This document shows positions 1 through 10,403 of a stretch of DNA of 64,000 nt, in pieces; the stretch's first letter is position 1, and the number at the start of each line of letters is the position of its first letter. The position numbers were made by a program, and so were the translations under genes. The notes under the pieces were generated by a model. The model saw only the letters and a list, made by a program, of their open reading frames with translations, was not told the DNA's origin and ran no database searches. The stretch is from Candidatus Zhuqueibacterota bacterium (GTDB taxonomy: Bacteria > Zhuqueibacterota > Zhuqueibacteria > JANLFK01 > Oleimicrobiaceae), in contig JANLFK010000004.1 in the NCBI GenBank assembly GCA_024655945.1, positions 545 to 64,544 of the forward strand. Reading direction: 5' to 3'.

Positions 1-845
1 TCGGTTCGCACCTCCAGGCTGTAGGCATCGACGTGACGACGATGCCGGCACCGTATGGCGTGGTTGTGTTCCTCCAGCAGGGATCAGAGGCCCAGGTTCC
101 CGGGCTCTCGGCTGCCCTGGACACGCTGAGCAGAAAAGGCCTGGCAGTGTATGTGGCGGCACCAAATGGCATAGCCGCAGACGGCGTCGCTACCCCAGGG
201 GTGCATTTCCTTCGAAAGGTTCCCCTCCGGGCTCGCGAAGCTCTTGGCTTTTCCGCCGGTGAGAGCGGCTTTGTGGTTTTTCAGAGGACAGGGGCTCTGT
301 GTTGGCAAGCTTTCAAGACGCGTGGAGTCGACTTGCTGCGCCGGCACCTCCTCCGTATCCATCCACCCTCGGCTTGGGGAGAGGAAACGGCACCTGATAC
401 AGGGTTGTGGCCAGCTTCCGAGGAAGAATTGGCCTCCTTCCCCTTCGACAGCCTCCTCCACAGTGCGCCTCGTGTTGACTTACACTTGGACCATGTGCCT
501 AGGGGCAGATTGCGGGTGATCAGGACCTTGGGGGACAAAGACAAACCTCCGCCTGGAGAGCCGGTGTTCGCCCAACCGATGGCCGTAGTAGTTGACCCCC
601 AGGGGCGGGTGTTGGTCCCTGACCCCCAACACCATTCGGTTTTTGTACTCTCACCCAACGGCGACCTGCTCAAGGTTCTGGGTGGCCCGGGAGAAGGGCG
701 GGCGAAATGGGCAGCCCTGTTGGCGTGGGCATCCGTGCCGACGGCGGGGTCGTTGTCGCTGAAGTTTGCTGCCGCTTGCACGAGTTTACGCCACAACTGC
801 GCTACCGGCGCACCTTCCACTGGCCCGTTGAAATTCTCCAGTTGA
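1..845 (+). CDS. NHL-repeat beta-propeller protein, N-terminal part; reading frame open to window start, so gene probably begins upstream
   Basis: ORF 33..845 has NHL-like repeat segment (VFAQPMAVVVDPQGRVLVPD...SPNGDLLKVLGGPGEG); frame stays open back to nt 3. It continues in another frame at ~700, see next feature. Confidence 0.4.
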   Translation, partial: GSHLQAVGIDVTTMPAPYGVVVFLQQGSEAQVPGLSAALDTLSRKGLAVYVAAPNGIAADGVATPGVHFLRKVPLRAREALGFSAGESGFVVFQRTGALCWQAFKTRGVDLLRRHLLRIHPPSAWGEETAPDTGLWPASEEELASFPFDSLLHSAPRVDLHLDHVPRGRLRVIRTLGDKDKPPPGEPVFAQPMAVVVDPQGRVLVPDPQHHSVFVLSPNGDLLKVLGGPGEGRAKWAALLAWASVPTAGSLSLKFAAACTSLRHNCATGAPSTGPLKFSS

Positions 846-1474
846 GTGGCAAACAGTTCGCTGTGATTGGGTCTGTGGCATTGGTAACACTACCCCCACT
901 CCCTCCTGCCCGCACCGACGTGATCCACTTGTTCGCGTTGGCCAGTGCAGAGCCGCGTCCGGTTGGCTCGTTTCTGCCCTACGCCACACCCCGCAGGTCG
1001 TTCAAAGAGCCGAGCCTGCAGCGAGGAGCCGTCTCTTCGCGAAACATAGTGGTGTTTGCCACCCACGCCAACCGGTATGTTGCCCTCTCCAGGGCAGGTG
1101 AGCCGCAACTGGTATTCTTGGACCTCCAACAGAGGCGTGCACGCAGGTTTGTGCTTAGGGGAAAGGCTGTAGAGACTGTACCTAAGGGGGACACCCCTGG
1201 TCCTCCGTATGCAGTGGTCCAGGTGGTAAAGGATATTGCCTTTGACCCCGGAGGAAGAATATATGTGCTCGTGAGGCGATACGGGATCCTGATACTGGAC
1301 CCTGGTACACTCGGGCGCGCATGGCTGTACACGCGCGCCGCCCCGACGGAACTCGACGCGCAGCTTGCGGACTACTATGGAGTGGCTGCTTCCAATGACC
1401 AGGTTTACCTCGTCTCCCCAGGCCTCGCCCAATTGGCCATTTGTTCTTGTGAGGGACTTGAGACCAAGGGCTAA
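707..1474 (+). CDS. NHL-repeat protein, C-terminal part; likely same gene as previous feature joined by a frameshift near 690-710 (run gggcgggcgaaa)
   Basis: NHL-like repeats (IAFDPGGRIYVL, GVGIRADGGVVVAEV); overlaps end of ORF 33..845 in a different frame with repeat periodicity continuing across the junction. Confidence 0.45.
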   Translation: MGSPVGVGIRADGGVVVAEVCCRLHEFTPQLRYRRTFHWPVEILQLSGKQFAVIGSVALVTLPPLPPARTDVIHLFALASAEPRPVGSFLPYATPRRSFKEPSLQRGAVSSRNIVVFATHANRYVALSRAGEPQLVFLDLQQRRARRFVLRGKAVETVPKGDTPGPPYAVVQVVKDIAFDPGGRIYVLVRRYGILILDPGTLGRAWLYTRAAPTELDAQLADYYGVAASNDQVYLVSPGLAQLAICSCEGLETKG

Positions 1475-1506
1475 CCAATCCCGCAAGCGGAAGGAGGACA
1501 AACGCC

Positions 1507-1806
1507 ATGATTCGCCGTTCAACTGCACGGGTTGTGCTGCCCATTGTGGTGGCTCTGTCCATCCTGGTCGGCCTGCTACTGCCCACCCCCAGAATGAGTT
1601 GGGGTCACGGCGGCGGTGTATGGACAGGCGTGAAGTTCTGTGAAGGGACTTCAATGCACAAGTGGGGGTGTCGAACCGGAGGGTGTGCCTGCGTCAGCTA
1701 CATGGGGGAGTGTTTCTGTTTGGCCGGTTGCCATAGGTGCGGGTGCATCAGCCTTGAGATGGTCTGGGTCGACGAGTGCCCGGGTGCCCCGATCTATATG
1801 GCCTGA
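1507..1806 (+). CDS. small secreted cysteine-rich protein (99 aa, 10 Cys, N-terminal signal/TM segment)
   Basis: Strong RBS ggaaggagga 7 nt upstream of ATG; hydrophobic N-terminus VVLPIVVALSILVGLLLP then CxGCxC / CxxC-rich mature part; no recognisable family. Confidence 0.4.
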   Translation: MIRRSTARVVLPIVVALSILVGLLLPTPRMSWGHGGGVWTGVKFCEGTSMHKWGCRTGGCACVSYMGECFCLAGCHRCGCISLEMVWVDECPGAPIYMA

Positions 1807-2800
1807 TGGAGTCACTTTCATGCTTCGGTGCCAGGGGTGTAGCCTGCAAGGGTGCAGGCATGGGAGGGCGAGCACGGGGGTCGCTGCGCCATTTCTCGCA
1901 CTAGCGGCGCGATGTTATCCTGGCTCCGGGTGTACGGCCAACCTTGCGGCACGGGAAGACGGCCACTGTGGCAGCGCGCATCCTTGTTGAACCCGCTGAC
2001 CTGGCTCTTTGCCCTTGCCTTGCGCCGCCTTCGTCCGGTCTGCGGGTTCATTTGCCGCCGAACACTGCGATGACCTCCCAGGCCGGCCCTATAGCCCGAG
2101 GAGCTGGAGATGCGGCACGCAGAGGGGCGAGATAGGAGCGCATGACCGCCGCTAAGGAGGCCCCCTTGTGGCAACCAAAGCAGCCCTACCCTAACCAGCG
2201 AGTACGGGGCCAATGCTGTGCACGTCATTGTGGGGCGTGAGGCCGCGAGAGTTGTACACAAGGCACTCAGCCACACCTGTTCCTGCGCGAACTCCCGCCA
2301 TGTCGCGGTCTTGCCGAATCCCGTCGAGCAGACTCGCGCCGAGCATTAGCGCATAGTGGGGCAGGAGGCTTGGTTCGCGCGGCGTGCTGCGGCGTAGACG
2401 AACATCGCCAAACAGGAGGCCTCAAGGTCAGAGTCTGGCTTGGCCGGCACCTCATGCCACAGGCCCTCGGCCCGCTGACAGCTGGTTACGGCGAGCTTGT
2501 GCCGCCAAGCCAAATAGAGCACCCTTTTGCGCCGCTGATGCCGTTGGAGTAGTTGGACCGCAGCCCCCACCGGCCCGGTAAGTGGCCGGCCGTTTGCCGC
2601 CAGTGGGTTGCACTGCAGCCCGTCGCCCCCCAGTCCTCCAGTTCTTCCGTGGTCAACAGCCGCCCGAAAGGGTACGTGCACGTCGCCTGTGTAGCAGGCC
2701 GACAACAAGACGGACCCGAGACCAGCCCGGGTCACCTCGCTCCGTAGGGCTGGTGTCGCGCGTTCGCTCCGAATCCCACTGAGCCCCGCCAAGGCGCGCA

Positions 2801-3742
2801 CTACCTCTGCAGGTGTTTGCTGAAGAAGAGCAGGTGGTACTCAAGGGCGTTGCTCCAGTACGCCCACGTGTGGGCACCCGGCCGCTCGGTGTAGTCATGC
2901 GGGATCTTCAGCTCTATCATGCGGCTGTGCATTTGACGGTTGCTATCCAACAAGAAGTCGTCCATACCGCACTCCAGGAAGATGGCTTTGTTCCGGCCGG
3001 CCAGGCGACTGCAGAGGAACAGGGCGGAGTTTTCCTCCCACAGGCGTGGTGCCTGCTCGTATTCGCCCAACACATCGGCGAGGCCAGCGCGGCGGGCCGC
3101 AGGAGTGAGGGTCATGGCGCCGCTCAAGCATCCCGCTCCTGCGAAACGCTCGGGGTACTTTGCCAAAAGAGTGAAGGCCCCATGACCACCCATGCTCAGG
3201 CCGCAGAGGAACCTGCCGGTGGAATCGGCGATCGTGCGGTAGTGCGCGTCCACATGGTCGACGACCTCCTTGGCAATGTAGGTCTCGTATTGCGAGTCCT
3301 TGCGCAAGGGGCTGTCGAGATACCAGCTGGCGTAGCCCCCGTCCGGGCAGACCAGAATGAACTGGTAGCGGTCGGCCAACGGCTTCAGGTCAGCCTTGGT
3401 CGGCCAGTCGCGATAGGAGCCGCTCCACCCATGGAGGAGATAGACCACAGGGAATTTCTCCTGGCTCGTGAGATAGCGTTCCGGGAGAACGACCACCGCT
3501 TGCGCCGCTTTCGCCATGGCAGGACTGAAGATAGCCACCGTATCCACCTGCGCCGCCTCGACACGAACGGCGAGGCCGGCGAGCGCACAGGTGAGAAGTG
3601 CAGCCAGAAGCAGCGGAGCACGGGGACGGATGCTCATCATGTCTGCTGACCTCCTTATGGTTAGGATCAGGGATATTGGGAAAAGTGACAACTTTCCAGT
3701 CCTCGGGCGACTCCGGGCCGCTCTCCGGCCAGCGCACCGCAC
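2801..3742 (-). CDS. secreted esterase, CE1/putative-esterase family (enterochelin esterase / S-formylglutathione hydrolase-like)
   Basis: Signal peptide; motifs VYLLHGWSGS, GLSMGGHGA (GxSxG nucleophile elbow), DWPTKAD; TAG stop. Confidence 0.8.
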   Translation of the reverse strand: MRCAGRRAARSRPRTGKLSLFPISLILTIRRSADMMSIRPRAPLLLAALLTCALAGLAVRVEAAQVDTVAIFSPAMAKAAQAVVVLPERYLTSQEKFPVVYLLHGWSGSYRDWPTKADLKPLADRYQFILVCPDGGYASWYLDSPLRKDSQYETYIAKEVVDHVDAHYRTIADSTGRFLCGLSMGGHGAFTLLAKYPERFAGAGCLSGAMTLTPAARRAGLADVLGEYEQAPRLWEENSALFLCSRLAGRNKAIFLECGMDDFLLDSNRQMHSRMIELKIPHDYTERPGAHTWAYWSNALEYHLLFFSKHLQR

Positions 3743-3900
3743 ATCTTCGCCAAGGCACCAAAGGCCTGCTCACTACCCACGAGCGGGTTACCACGTCGAG
3801 CGCGATTCCCCACAACGCTTCTGGTTCTGTGAGCGCCGTGGGTTTTGGGCTCTCATCGAGGGTTGGTTTTGCATCGGGTGGTTCGGCCCAGTCCCTTCCC

Positions 3901-4923
3901 TCAGCGTACCTCCCCGCTGAGAGCGGCGGGATTCCAGCCGTCCCCTCCAGCCAGGACATTTTCCAGAGTGAAGGCCTTGGCCTCTGCGTCGCTGAGTTGA
4001 CGTGCCCACGACACTCGTTGCCGGGGGTGCGCGCCGGGGCCGCTGCTTTGCCACTCGGCGAAGCGCACTGTACTCTCGCACTCTGGCTTGCCCCAGTTAT
4101 GCCAGCCTTCGGGTCTCACCACCTCGGACATGCTCGTGTTCAGGAACGCCACAGCTGCGTGCGCTCGCCATGGTCGGCCGAGATAGGTCTGCACGCCAGG
4201 CTCGCCGCTGATGGTGCAGTGAGAGAAGACAAAGCCAAAGGGCTGAGCAGCCGGGGTGGAGGCTGCGGTTATGTAGCCATTGCCGCGACAGTGAATGTGG
4301 CAATGGTCGAACAAGGCGGTTCCCCCGCCGAAGACAAAGTCAACGTGTCCAGCGACGTAGCAGTCGCGGAAGTAGACGCGCCTTCGGTTGAGCAAGATAG
4401 TGTCCTGCCAACCGAGGAAGCGGCAGTTCCTGAATACTACTCTGTCCCCATCCACGCGAAGGGCCACGGCCTGGGCCACCGGGCCGGCTGCATTCTCGAA
4501 CGTGATGTTCTCGGCCACAAAGTCGTCGCCATCCACCACCACCGTCGGGGTGCGAAACGTGCCGATCGGCTTGCCGTCGAGCCCGACCACCTTCGCGTGC
4601 AGGTCGTAGGTGATGACCGTCGACTCCGGAGCCGCCCCCACCAGCCGGATGCAGCCCCGTTCGCGCTGCACGTATACTAACTCGCGGTAGGTGCCGGCCT
4701 TGACAAGGACCACCCACCGGTTCTTGGGCGTGGTCGAGTGCGGCGCCGCCATGATGGCCTCCTGGATGGAGGTGAAATCCCCGCTGCCATCTGCGGCTAC
4801 CACTGCATCAAAGCGAGGTGGAGACGTGGCCTCCCTGTCCACGTGCGCCTGGCGAGGACAGCAGCAGAGTGTTGTTACCGCCAGAGAAAGCGCGAAGAGA
4901 GAAATCAGCTTGCCATAATCCAT
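3901..4923 (-). CDS. pectinesterase (pectin methylesterase, CE8)
   Basis: Signal peptide with lipobox-like LCCC; CE8 motifs GSGDFTSIQEAI, QAVALRVDGD, DTIL, GxVDFVFG, YLGRPW. ORF finder start is GTG at 4935; ATG at 4923 is the more likely start. Confidence 0.85.
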   Translation of the reverse strand: MDYGKLISLFALSLAVTTLCCCPRQAHVDREATSPPRFDAVVAADGSGDFTSIQEAIMAAPHSTTPKNRWVVLVKAGTYRELVYVQRERGCIRLVGAAPESTVITYDLHAKVVGLDGKPIGTFRTPTVVVDGDDFVAENITFENAAGPVAQAVALRVDGDRVVFRNCRFLGWQDTILLNRRRVYFRDCYVAGHVDFVFGGGTALFDHCHIHCRGNGYITAASTPAAQPFGFVFSHCTISGEPGVQTYLGRPWRAHAAVAFLNTSMSEVVRPEGWHNWGKPECESTVRFAEWQSSGPGAHPRQRVSWARQLSDAEAKAFTLENVLAGGDGWNPAALSGEVR

Positions 4924-5180
4924 GGCCTTACTCACTCATCACGCACGCGGGGCCCAAAAACGCCGGCCGGCTGTTGCTGGCAGCTCCCAGCAAAGGGCCG
5001 GAGAGCCGGAAAGAGCACCGGCTCCCTTGCCCGGCATCCACACCTACCTCGGCGCGTCCTTGCCAACGATTTGCCGGAAGTCCACCCTGGGCCGCCATGT
5101 CCACTTGGCAAAGTCCTTCAGTTGGGGCCAATGCCACCGGCGCAGCAACCCAAGAGGCACTGTCAGCAGCAGCCGCCACC

Positions 5181-6821
5181 TCAGCGCTTTTCCACATCTG
5201 TCTTGCCGACGAGAAACCGGTCATAGGCCACTAATCCTAGTATCGTCAGCACGCCGATGCCGCTGAACAGGAGCCACAGCGTGCGCGGCTGATGCAAGGT
5301 GTCGACAAAGTGCACATAGAGGTGCGCTCCCAAGATGGCGCCCACGCTGCTGCCGATTACCCCATAGAGGAAGATGTAGCCCATATACGTGGCCACGCGG
5401 TCTTTTGGGGCAGTCATGCCTACGTAGGAAAAGAACTTCGGGTGGGCGGTCATCTCGCCAATGGAGAAGATGATAATGCCCACGATAAAGACCCAAATGC
5501 TCGGCGAAATGGCCAGGATAGCCATCCCTACGGTGCCGAACAGTATGCCGGCCACCATCGTGGGCAGCGCACGAGTCTTCCTGACGATGGCCGAGACAAT
5601 GAGTTGCAGTGCGATGATGGTGCCGGCGTTGATGACCGTCACATGTTCGACGTCGAAGAACCAGTTGATGCGCAGGCCGACTGCGTGGAGGGCGGCATTG
5701 ACAACCCTGTTCAGGGGCGCGGCATTCACATAGTCGTTCACGTACCAGAGCACCGAGTCGAACATCTGGAAGTAGAGGATCCAAAATCCCGAGTAGATGA
5801 GGATCATCAGCAGGAAGCGCGCGTTGGCCCTGGCTCGCGCCATGTCCTGGTACTCGATGGTGAGCAGCGAAAAGACCGTGGCGTAGATGACGCTCACCAC
5901 GATCCTGGTGAATAGGGACAGGCCGGGCAGGAGCCAAAACAGGACGCCAACAGCCGCGATGCCCGCAGGAACAAGCCGGGAGCGGCGGCCTCGCCACCGC
6001 ACAGCCAGAATGGCCAAGCTAACCACCAAGAGGACTGCCACGAAGAGCAGGAAAACGCTCCCTGCGGTGACGAAGAGAGCTATCCCGCCGAGGACTATGA
6101 GCGAACCGATGGCCAATCCCACGGCGCCCGCAGCCCCCCTTTGCCGCAGGAGGTAGAACAACAGCACGAACGGGCTGAAGACGATTTCGAAGGCGTTGGC
6201 AAGCGTGGTGAGGAGATTGGTGGTCGACTTGGGTCGCGCGGGGTCGCGGTAGGCCAAGAGCGTGGGAATGAGCATCGAGCCGGTGGCCAGCGCCGAGGCC
6301 AAAATGACCGTGCGCGGGCCAAAGCTATTCTTGAGGTACGGCACCAGGATGAGGGGGAACAAGAACGCCCCCAAGTTAATGGACCAGTAGTAGATGCCGA
6401 ATCCCAACGAGCTGGTGCTCTCGTCTGTGGTCCGGGCGATGGTGCCGGAGATAATCGGCTTGAACACGCCAGCGCCCAAGCCCATGACCACGAGGGAGGC
6501 AAAGACCGCAGTGTAGGAGGTTACCTGGCTGGTCAGAAAGTAGCCCGCTCCCAAGAGGCTGAAGGAGACGAGCAGCGTGCGCCTGTATCCGAAGCGATCG
6601 GCTACCGCGCCGCTGAGGATGGGAAGGAAGTAGAGCAGCGGCTGGATGGTTCCCTTGATGAGGCCCACGCTCTCTTTGGCAAAATGGAGCTGTCCTGTCA
6701 GGTAAACCGAGAGAAAGCTCATCATCCCGTAGTAGGCCCCTCTCTCAAAGAACTCGAAGACGATCGACACCCAAAACGTGCGCGAAAAGCCTGAGAGGCG
6801 ACTCTTCTTCTGTTGGTCCAT
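5181..6821 (-). CDS. proton-dependent oligopeptide transporter (POT/PTR2, MFS)
   Basis: MFS topology and POT signature region GAYYGMMSFLSVYLTGQLHF...ILSGAVADRFGYRRTL; start set at internal MDQQKKSRL (ATG 6821) rather than the ORF-finder start at 6920. Confidence 0.75.
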   Translation of the reverse strand: MDQQKKSRLSGFSRTFWVSIVFEFFERGAYYGMMSFLSVYLTGQLHFAKESVGLIKGTIQPLLYFLPILSGAVADRFGYRRTLLVSFSLLGAGYFLTSQVTSYTAVFASLVVMGLGAGVFKPIISGTIARTTDESTSSLGFGIYYWSINLGAFLFPLILVPYLKNSFGPRTVILASALATGSMLIPTLLAYRDPARPKSTTNLLTTLANAFEIVFSPFVLLFYLLRQRGAAGAVGLAIGSLIVLGGIALFVTAGSVFLLFVAVLLVVSLAILAVRWRGRRSRLVPAGIAAVGVLFWLLPGLSLFTRIVVSVIYATVFSLLTIEYQDMARARANARFLLMILIYSGFWILYFQMFDSVLWYVNDYVNAAPLNRVVNAALHAVGLRINWFFDVEHVTVINAGTIIALQLIVSAIVRKTRALPTMVAGILFGTVGMAILAISPSIWVFIVGIIIFSIGEMTAHPKFFSYVGMTAPKDRVATYMGYIFLYGVIGSSVGAILGAHLYVHFVDTLHQPRTLWLLFSGIGVLTILGLVAYDRFLVGKTDVEKR

Positions 6822-7274
6822 GCAGTCCTCGTTGTCTTTCGGAGCCCGCCTTCCTACTGCCGGCAACGGGCGCTCGGGAGATGCACGTTGTGGCCCCCCT
6901 CTTCTGCCCTCGTCCCGCATGCCCTGACCCCCACAAGGGCTCCTGCCTTCAGAGCCTGTTCAGGTTCTTTCTTGTGACCGAGATTTGTCTCCGCCTTCAG
7001 TCTTGAGCCAGGATCCACTTTCCCCATGGCCAGTGCCACTGCGGGCCCGAGAATGCCGGAGCATCGCCCAGAGGAGCCTGCGGGATCGGACCCCTGTAGC
7101 CGACTTCGGCAACCAGGGAAAAGGGAGCTGCGTGGAGCGAGGCAAACAGTGCAATGCGCGCAGAGCGGTGTCTTGGGCAACTATCTCACCACGCGCAGGT
7201 CCCCACGCTCCTTCCTGCTTTGCCAAGATGCCGGGCGCAGTGTCGCCGGGGATGGCCGCAGACGGCCGTTCCCA

Positions 7275-8807
7275 CTATGCGTTCACCAATCCGGCCACCT
7301 CCGTAAAGGTGTTACGCAGCAGCGGGTAGAGGCTGCGATAGAGTCGATAGTACCGCTCGTACAGCGTAGCGACTTCGGCTCTGGGCTTGGTCGCGCTGAC
7401 GACGCGAATGGTGGCCTGGCATGCCTCGGGGACGGATGCGTACAGGCCCGTTCCCACACCCGCCAGGAGCGCCACGCCGAACGCGGGCCCCTCCTCCACG
7501 TTGATGCTGGTCACGGGCGCGCCGAACACATCGGCTTGGATCTGACGCCACAGGGCGCTCCTCCCGCCGCCGCCAGATGCGCGGATCTGCTGGGCCTCGA
7601 TGTGCTGCTCGCGCATGATCTCCAACGAGTCGCGCATGCCAAAGGTGACCCCCTCCAGCACCGCTCGTACCAGGTGCGCTTTGCTGTGTCGCAGGCTCAA
7701 GCCGATGAACACCCCCCGCGCGTTAGGATCGGGGTACGGTGTCCGCTCTCCCGCCAAGTAGGGGAGAAAGACCAGCCCCTCTGCCCCTGGCGGCACCGAC
7801 GCCGCGGCCGCAGTGAGCAGCTCATACACCTCAACGCCCTGTTCGCGAGCCCGGGCTACTTCCTCCTGGCAGAGGGCATCCCGGAACCAGCGCAGGGAGC
7901 CGCCAGCGGAAAGCATAACCCCCATCATGTGCCACTTGCCGGGAACAGCGTGGCAGAAGGTGTGCAATCGCCCTTGTGGGTCCATTTCCGGCTTGTCGGC
8001 GAAGGCAAATACCACCCCGGAAGTGCCGAGAGTAGATGAGAGGATGCCCTTGCTCACCACGCCGGTGCCGACTGCTCCCGCGGCCTGGTCGCCACCTCCA
8101 CCCACTACCGGCGTCCCTTCGCGCAGGCCGGTTTGCTCCGCGGCAATGCGGCTCACCTTGGCCGTCGCCACCGGCGACTCGGCACACTCCGGCAGGAACT
8201 CGCGGGGGATGTCCAGTATCTCCAGCAGTTCTTTGCACCACGTACGGTTCTTGACGTCAAAGAGGAGGGTCCCCGAAGCATCCGAAACCTCGGTGGCAAA
8301 GGTGCCGGTGAGGCGGAACCGCACATAGTCCTTGGGCAGCAGGATGGTGCGCACCCGTTCGTAGTGCTGCGGCTCGTTTTTGCGCAGCCAGAGGATCTTG
8401 GGGGCGGTGAAGCCGGTGAGCGCAGGGTTGCAGGCCAACTCCATGAGGCGCGCCGCGCCCACCCGTGAGGTAATCTCGGCACACTCCTCCCCGGTGCGCT
8501 GGTCGTTCCACAGGATAGCCGGGCGAATGACCTGGTGGTCCTCGTCAAGGAAAACGGCACCATGCATCTGCCCGGAAAGGCCGATGCCGGCAATCTGCGC
8601 GGCCGCACCTGGCACCTTGGCCAAGACGGCCCCTATGCTTGCACACACGGCCCGCCACCAGTCTTCTGGGTCCTGTTCAGACCAGTTGGGACGGGGCGTA
8701 TGCAACGGGTATTCTTCGGTTGCCGAGGCCACCACCTTCCCGTCCTCCTGAATGAGCAGGGTCTTCGTTCCGGTGGTCCCGACGTCAATGCCGAGCAGGT
8801 ATGCCAT
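7275..8807 (-). CDS. xylB: xylulokinase (FGGY carbohydrate kinase)
   Basis: N-terminal LGIDVGTTGTK, FGGY N and C domains, 510 aa typical; TAG stop. Confidence 0.85.
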   Translation of the reverse strand: MAYLLGIDVGTTGTKTLLIQEDGKVVASATEEYPLHTPRPNWSEQDPEDWWRAVCASIGAVLAKVPGAAAQIAGIGLSGQMHGAVFLDEDHQVIRPAILWNDQRTGEECAEITSRVGAARLMELACNPALTGFTAPKILWLRKNEPQHYERVRTILLPKDYVRFRLTGTFATEVSDASGTLLFDVKNRTWCKELLEILDIPREFLPECAESPVATAKVSRIAAEQTGLREGTPVVGGGGDQAAGAVGTGVVSKGILSSTLGTSGVVFAFADKPEMDPQGRLHTFCHAVPGKWHMMGVMLSAGGSLRWFRDALCQEEVARAREQGVEVYELLTAAAASVPPGAEGLVFLPYLAGERTPYPDPNARGVFIGLSLRHSKAHLVRAVLEGVTFGMRDSLEIMREQHIEAQQIRASGGGGRSALWRQIQADVFGAPVTSINVEEGPAFGVALLAGVGTGLYASVPEACQATIRVVSATKPRAEVATLYERYYRLYRSLYPLLRNTFTEVAGLVNA

Positions 8808-8846
8808 TGCTTCCCTCCTCGATGGTGGTTCTTCCCATCCCGAGTC

Positions 8847-10403
8847 TCAATCGTGCTGCGCCGGCAGGAGGTGAATGACCGTGAGCTCCGGCCGGCAAAA
8901 CAGACGGAAGGGGACAAGAGCGTTCCCTATTCCCCGGTTCACGTACAGCTTGGTGTGGCCAAAGGAAAACATTCCTGATGCGTAGTGCCTGCCGAGATTC
9001 GTCTGGCTGAACAGAGCGCCGATTCCCGGCAGGCGAATCTGTCCGCCATGAGTATGGCCGGCCAGGACGAGGTCGATGCCCAGGTCTTCTGCCGGACGTA
9101 CCATGTCCGGCGAGTGGGCCAAGAGCAGGCGGAAGGCCCCGTCTGGGATGCCGCTTGCTGCTACACGTATCCCCTCCCGTTCCAGCGCAAAATCCAACCA
9201 GCCCTCCGGATCTGGACTTTTGCCGCAGAACGGTTCGCTCAGCAAAACCGTGTCGCGAGAAATGCTCACCACGCACAGGTCGGCGAAGCGGCGGGTGCCT
9301 TGGCCATGACTCCAGAGCCCCACTGTGCCGCGAGTATGGCGCGCCCCAGAAGTGTCAACAAGTGTGAGTTGCCAACTCGCTGGCTCAAGACTGCCTTCTT
9401 CCCACACCTTGGCGTTGACCGTCGTACGATCGCTGTCCGACTGGGCCCTGATGCGAAACCGGTACCAGCAGTCCGCCTGGGCGGAGAGCGCCAGTTCCAC
9501 GGGGGGCACAGGCGAACCGTGGGCGTCCAGGCGGAAACCGGACAGCCCTTGGCGCCAACGCAGGCGGTAAAAGCGGTCCTCGCCACTGCCGAACCCGGAG
9601 TAGACGGTGACCCCCATGCCGGCTTCTCCGGAGCCTGAGTAGCTCATGGCGCAGGTGTACTCATAGTCTTGCCAAGATGCGCTGCCAGGCCCCACAAAGT
9701 GGGAATAGGCATTGTCCATAGAGGACCCTGCCTGGAGGAAACATCTTCCCCCGCTCTTGGCAGTGGTAAAGTCGGCATAGAGGGCAGGGTGGAGGGAGAA
9801 AAAGTCCGCGCCAAGCAAGTAGAGCGAACTCCCCCCGAGATCGACGCGCTGGTGCTGGTTGCAGAGCACCGTGGCACCAGTGACGCGCAGTGCATCCAAA
9901 GCGGTGTTGTTGAGTTCTTTTTGCACCACCAGCTCATTGTTGCCCCGCACGATGAAGACGCCATGCCTTGCGCACAGCATGGCGATGAATTCGCGCACCG
10001 CGGCCAAGGCGGGCTGCAGCTGAGCCGACCGTTCCTCGGCTAACCAGTGCGAGGAGCCTATGAGGTCGCCGGTGATGACGATGAGGTCCGGTGCAAAGCT
10101 ATTTGCCTCCTCTGCAACTCTGCGGTGGAAGTCGGTAAGAGCGCGCATGTGAAGGTCAGAAAGCAGCACGATGGTGACTGCCTCTGAGCCCGGCGGCAGC
10201 TTTTCGCTGGACAGAAAGAGGTGAGTGACCTGCAGGCGAGAGGGCTCGATCCAGCGGGCGTAGGCCAGAAGTGCTGCCAGCAGAAGAAAGCCGAAGAACA
10301 GGATGAGGCCGATCCGCGTCTGGGTGCGGTCGACCTCCGCAAGGGGGCTGAGCCTCCACGAGGCCGTGCTGGGGGCTTCCACTCTTCCTGGCTGCGAAGT
10401 CAT
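8847..10403 (-). CDS. membrane-anchored calcineurin-like metallophosphoesterase with a large inserted domain
   Basis: N-terminal TM segment; metallophosphatase motifs LLSDLHM, GDLIG, GNNE ... GHTHGGQ split by a ~250 aa insert; ATG 10403 (MTSQPG) preferred over the 10475 start. Confidence 0.6.
   Translation of the reverse strand: MTSQPGRVEAPSTASWRLSPLAEVDRTQTRIGLILFFGFLLLAALLAYARWIEPSRLQVTHLFLSSEKLPPGSEAVTIVLLSDLHMRALTDFHRRVAEEANSFAPDLIVITGDLIGSSHWLAEERSAQLQPALAAVREFIAMLCARHGVFIVRGNNELVVQKELNNTALDALRVTGATVLCNQHQRVDLGGSSLYLLGADFFSLHPALYADFTTAKSGGRCFLQAGSSMDNAYSHFVGPGSASWQDYEYTCAMSYSGSGEAGMGVTVYSGFGSGEDRFYRLRWRQGLSGFRLDAHGSPVPPVELALSAQADCWYRFRIRAQSDSDRTTVNAKVWEEGSLEPASWQLTLVDTSGARHTRGTVGLWSHGQGTRRFADLCVVSISRDTVLLSEPFCGKSPDPEGWLDFALEREGIRVAASGIPDGAFRLLLAHSPDMVRPAEDLGIDLVLAGHTHGGQIRLPGIGALFSQTNLGRHYASGMFSFGHTKLYVNRGIGNALVPFRLFCRPELTVIHLLPAQHD

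Noticed and set aside
3598-4680. 360-aa ORF on the plus strand
   Set aside because: Antisense to the pectinesterase gene, which has unambiguous CE8 motifs; typical GC-rich shadow ORF.
5221-6156. ORFs 5221..5997(-), 5292..5915(+), 5887..6156(+) inside the POT transporter locus
   Set aside because: Alternative-frame or antisense products of a gene with a clear MFS/POT topology; His/Arg-rich nonsense composition.
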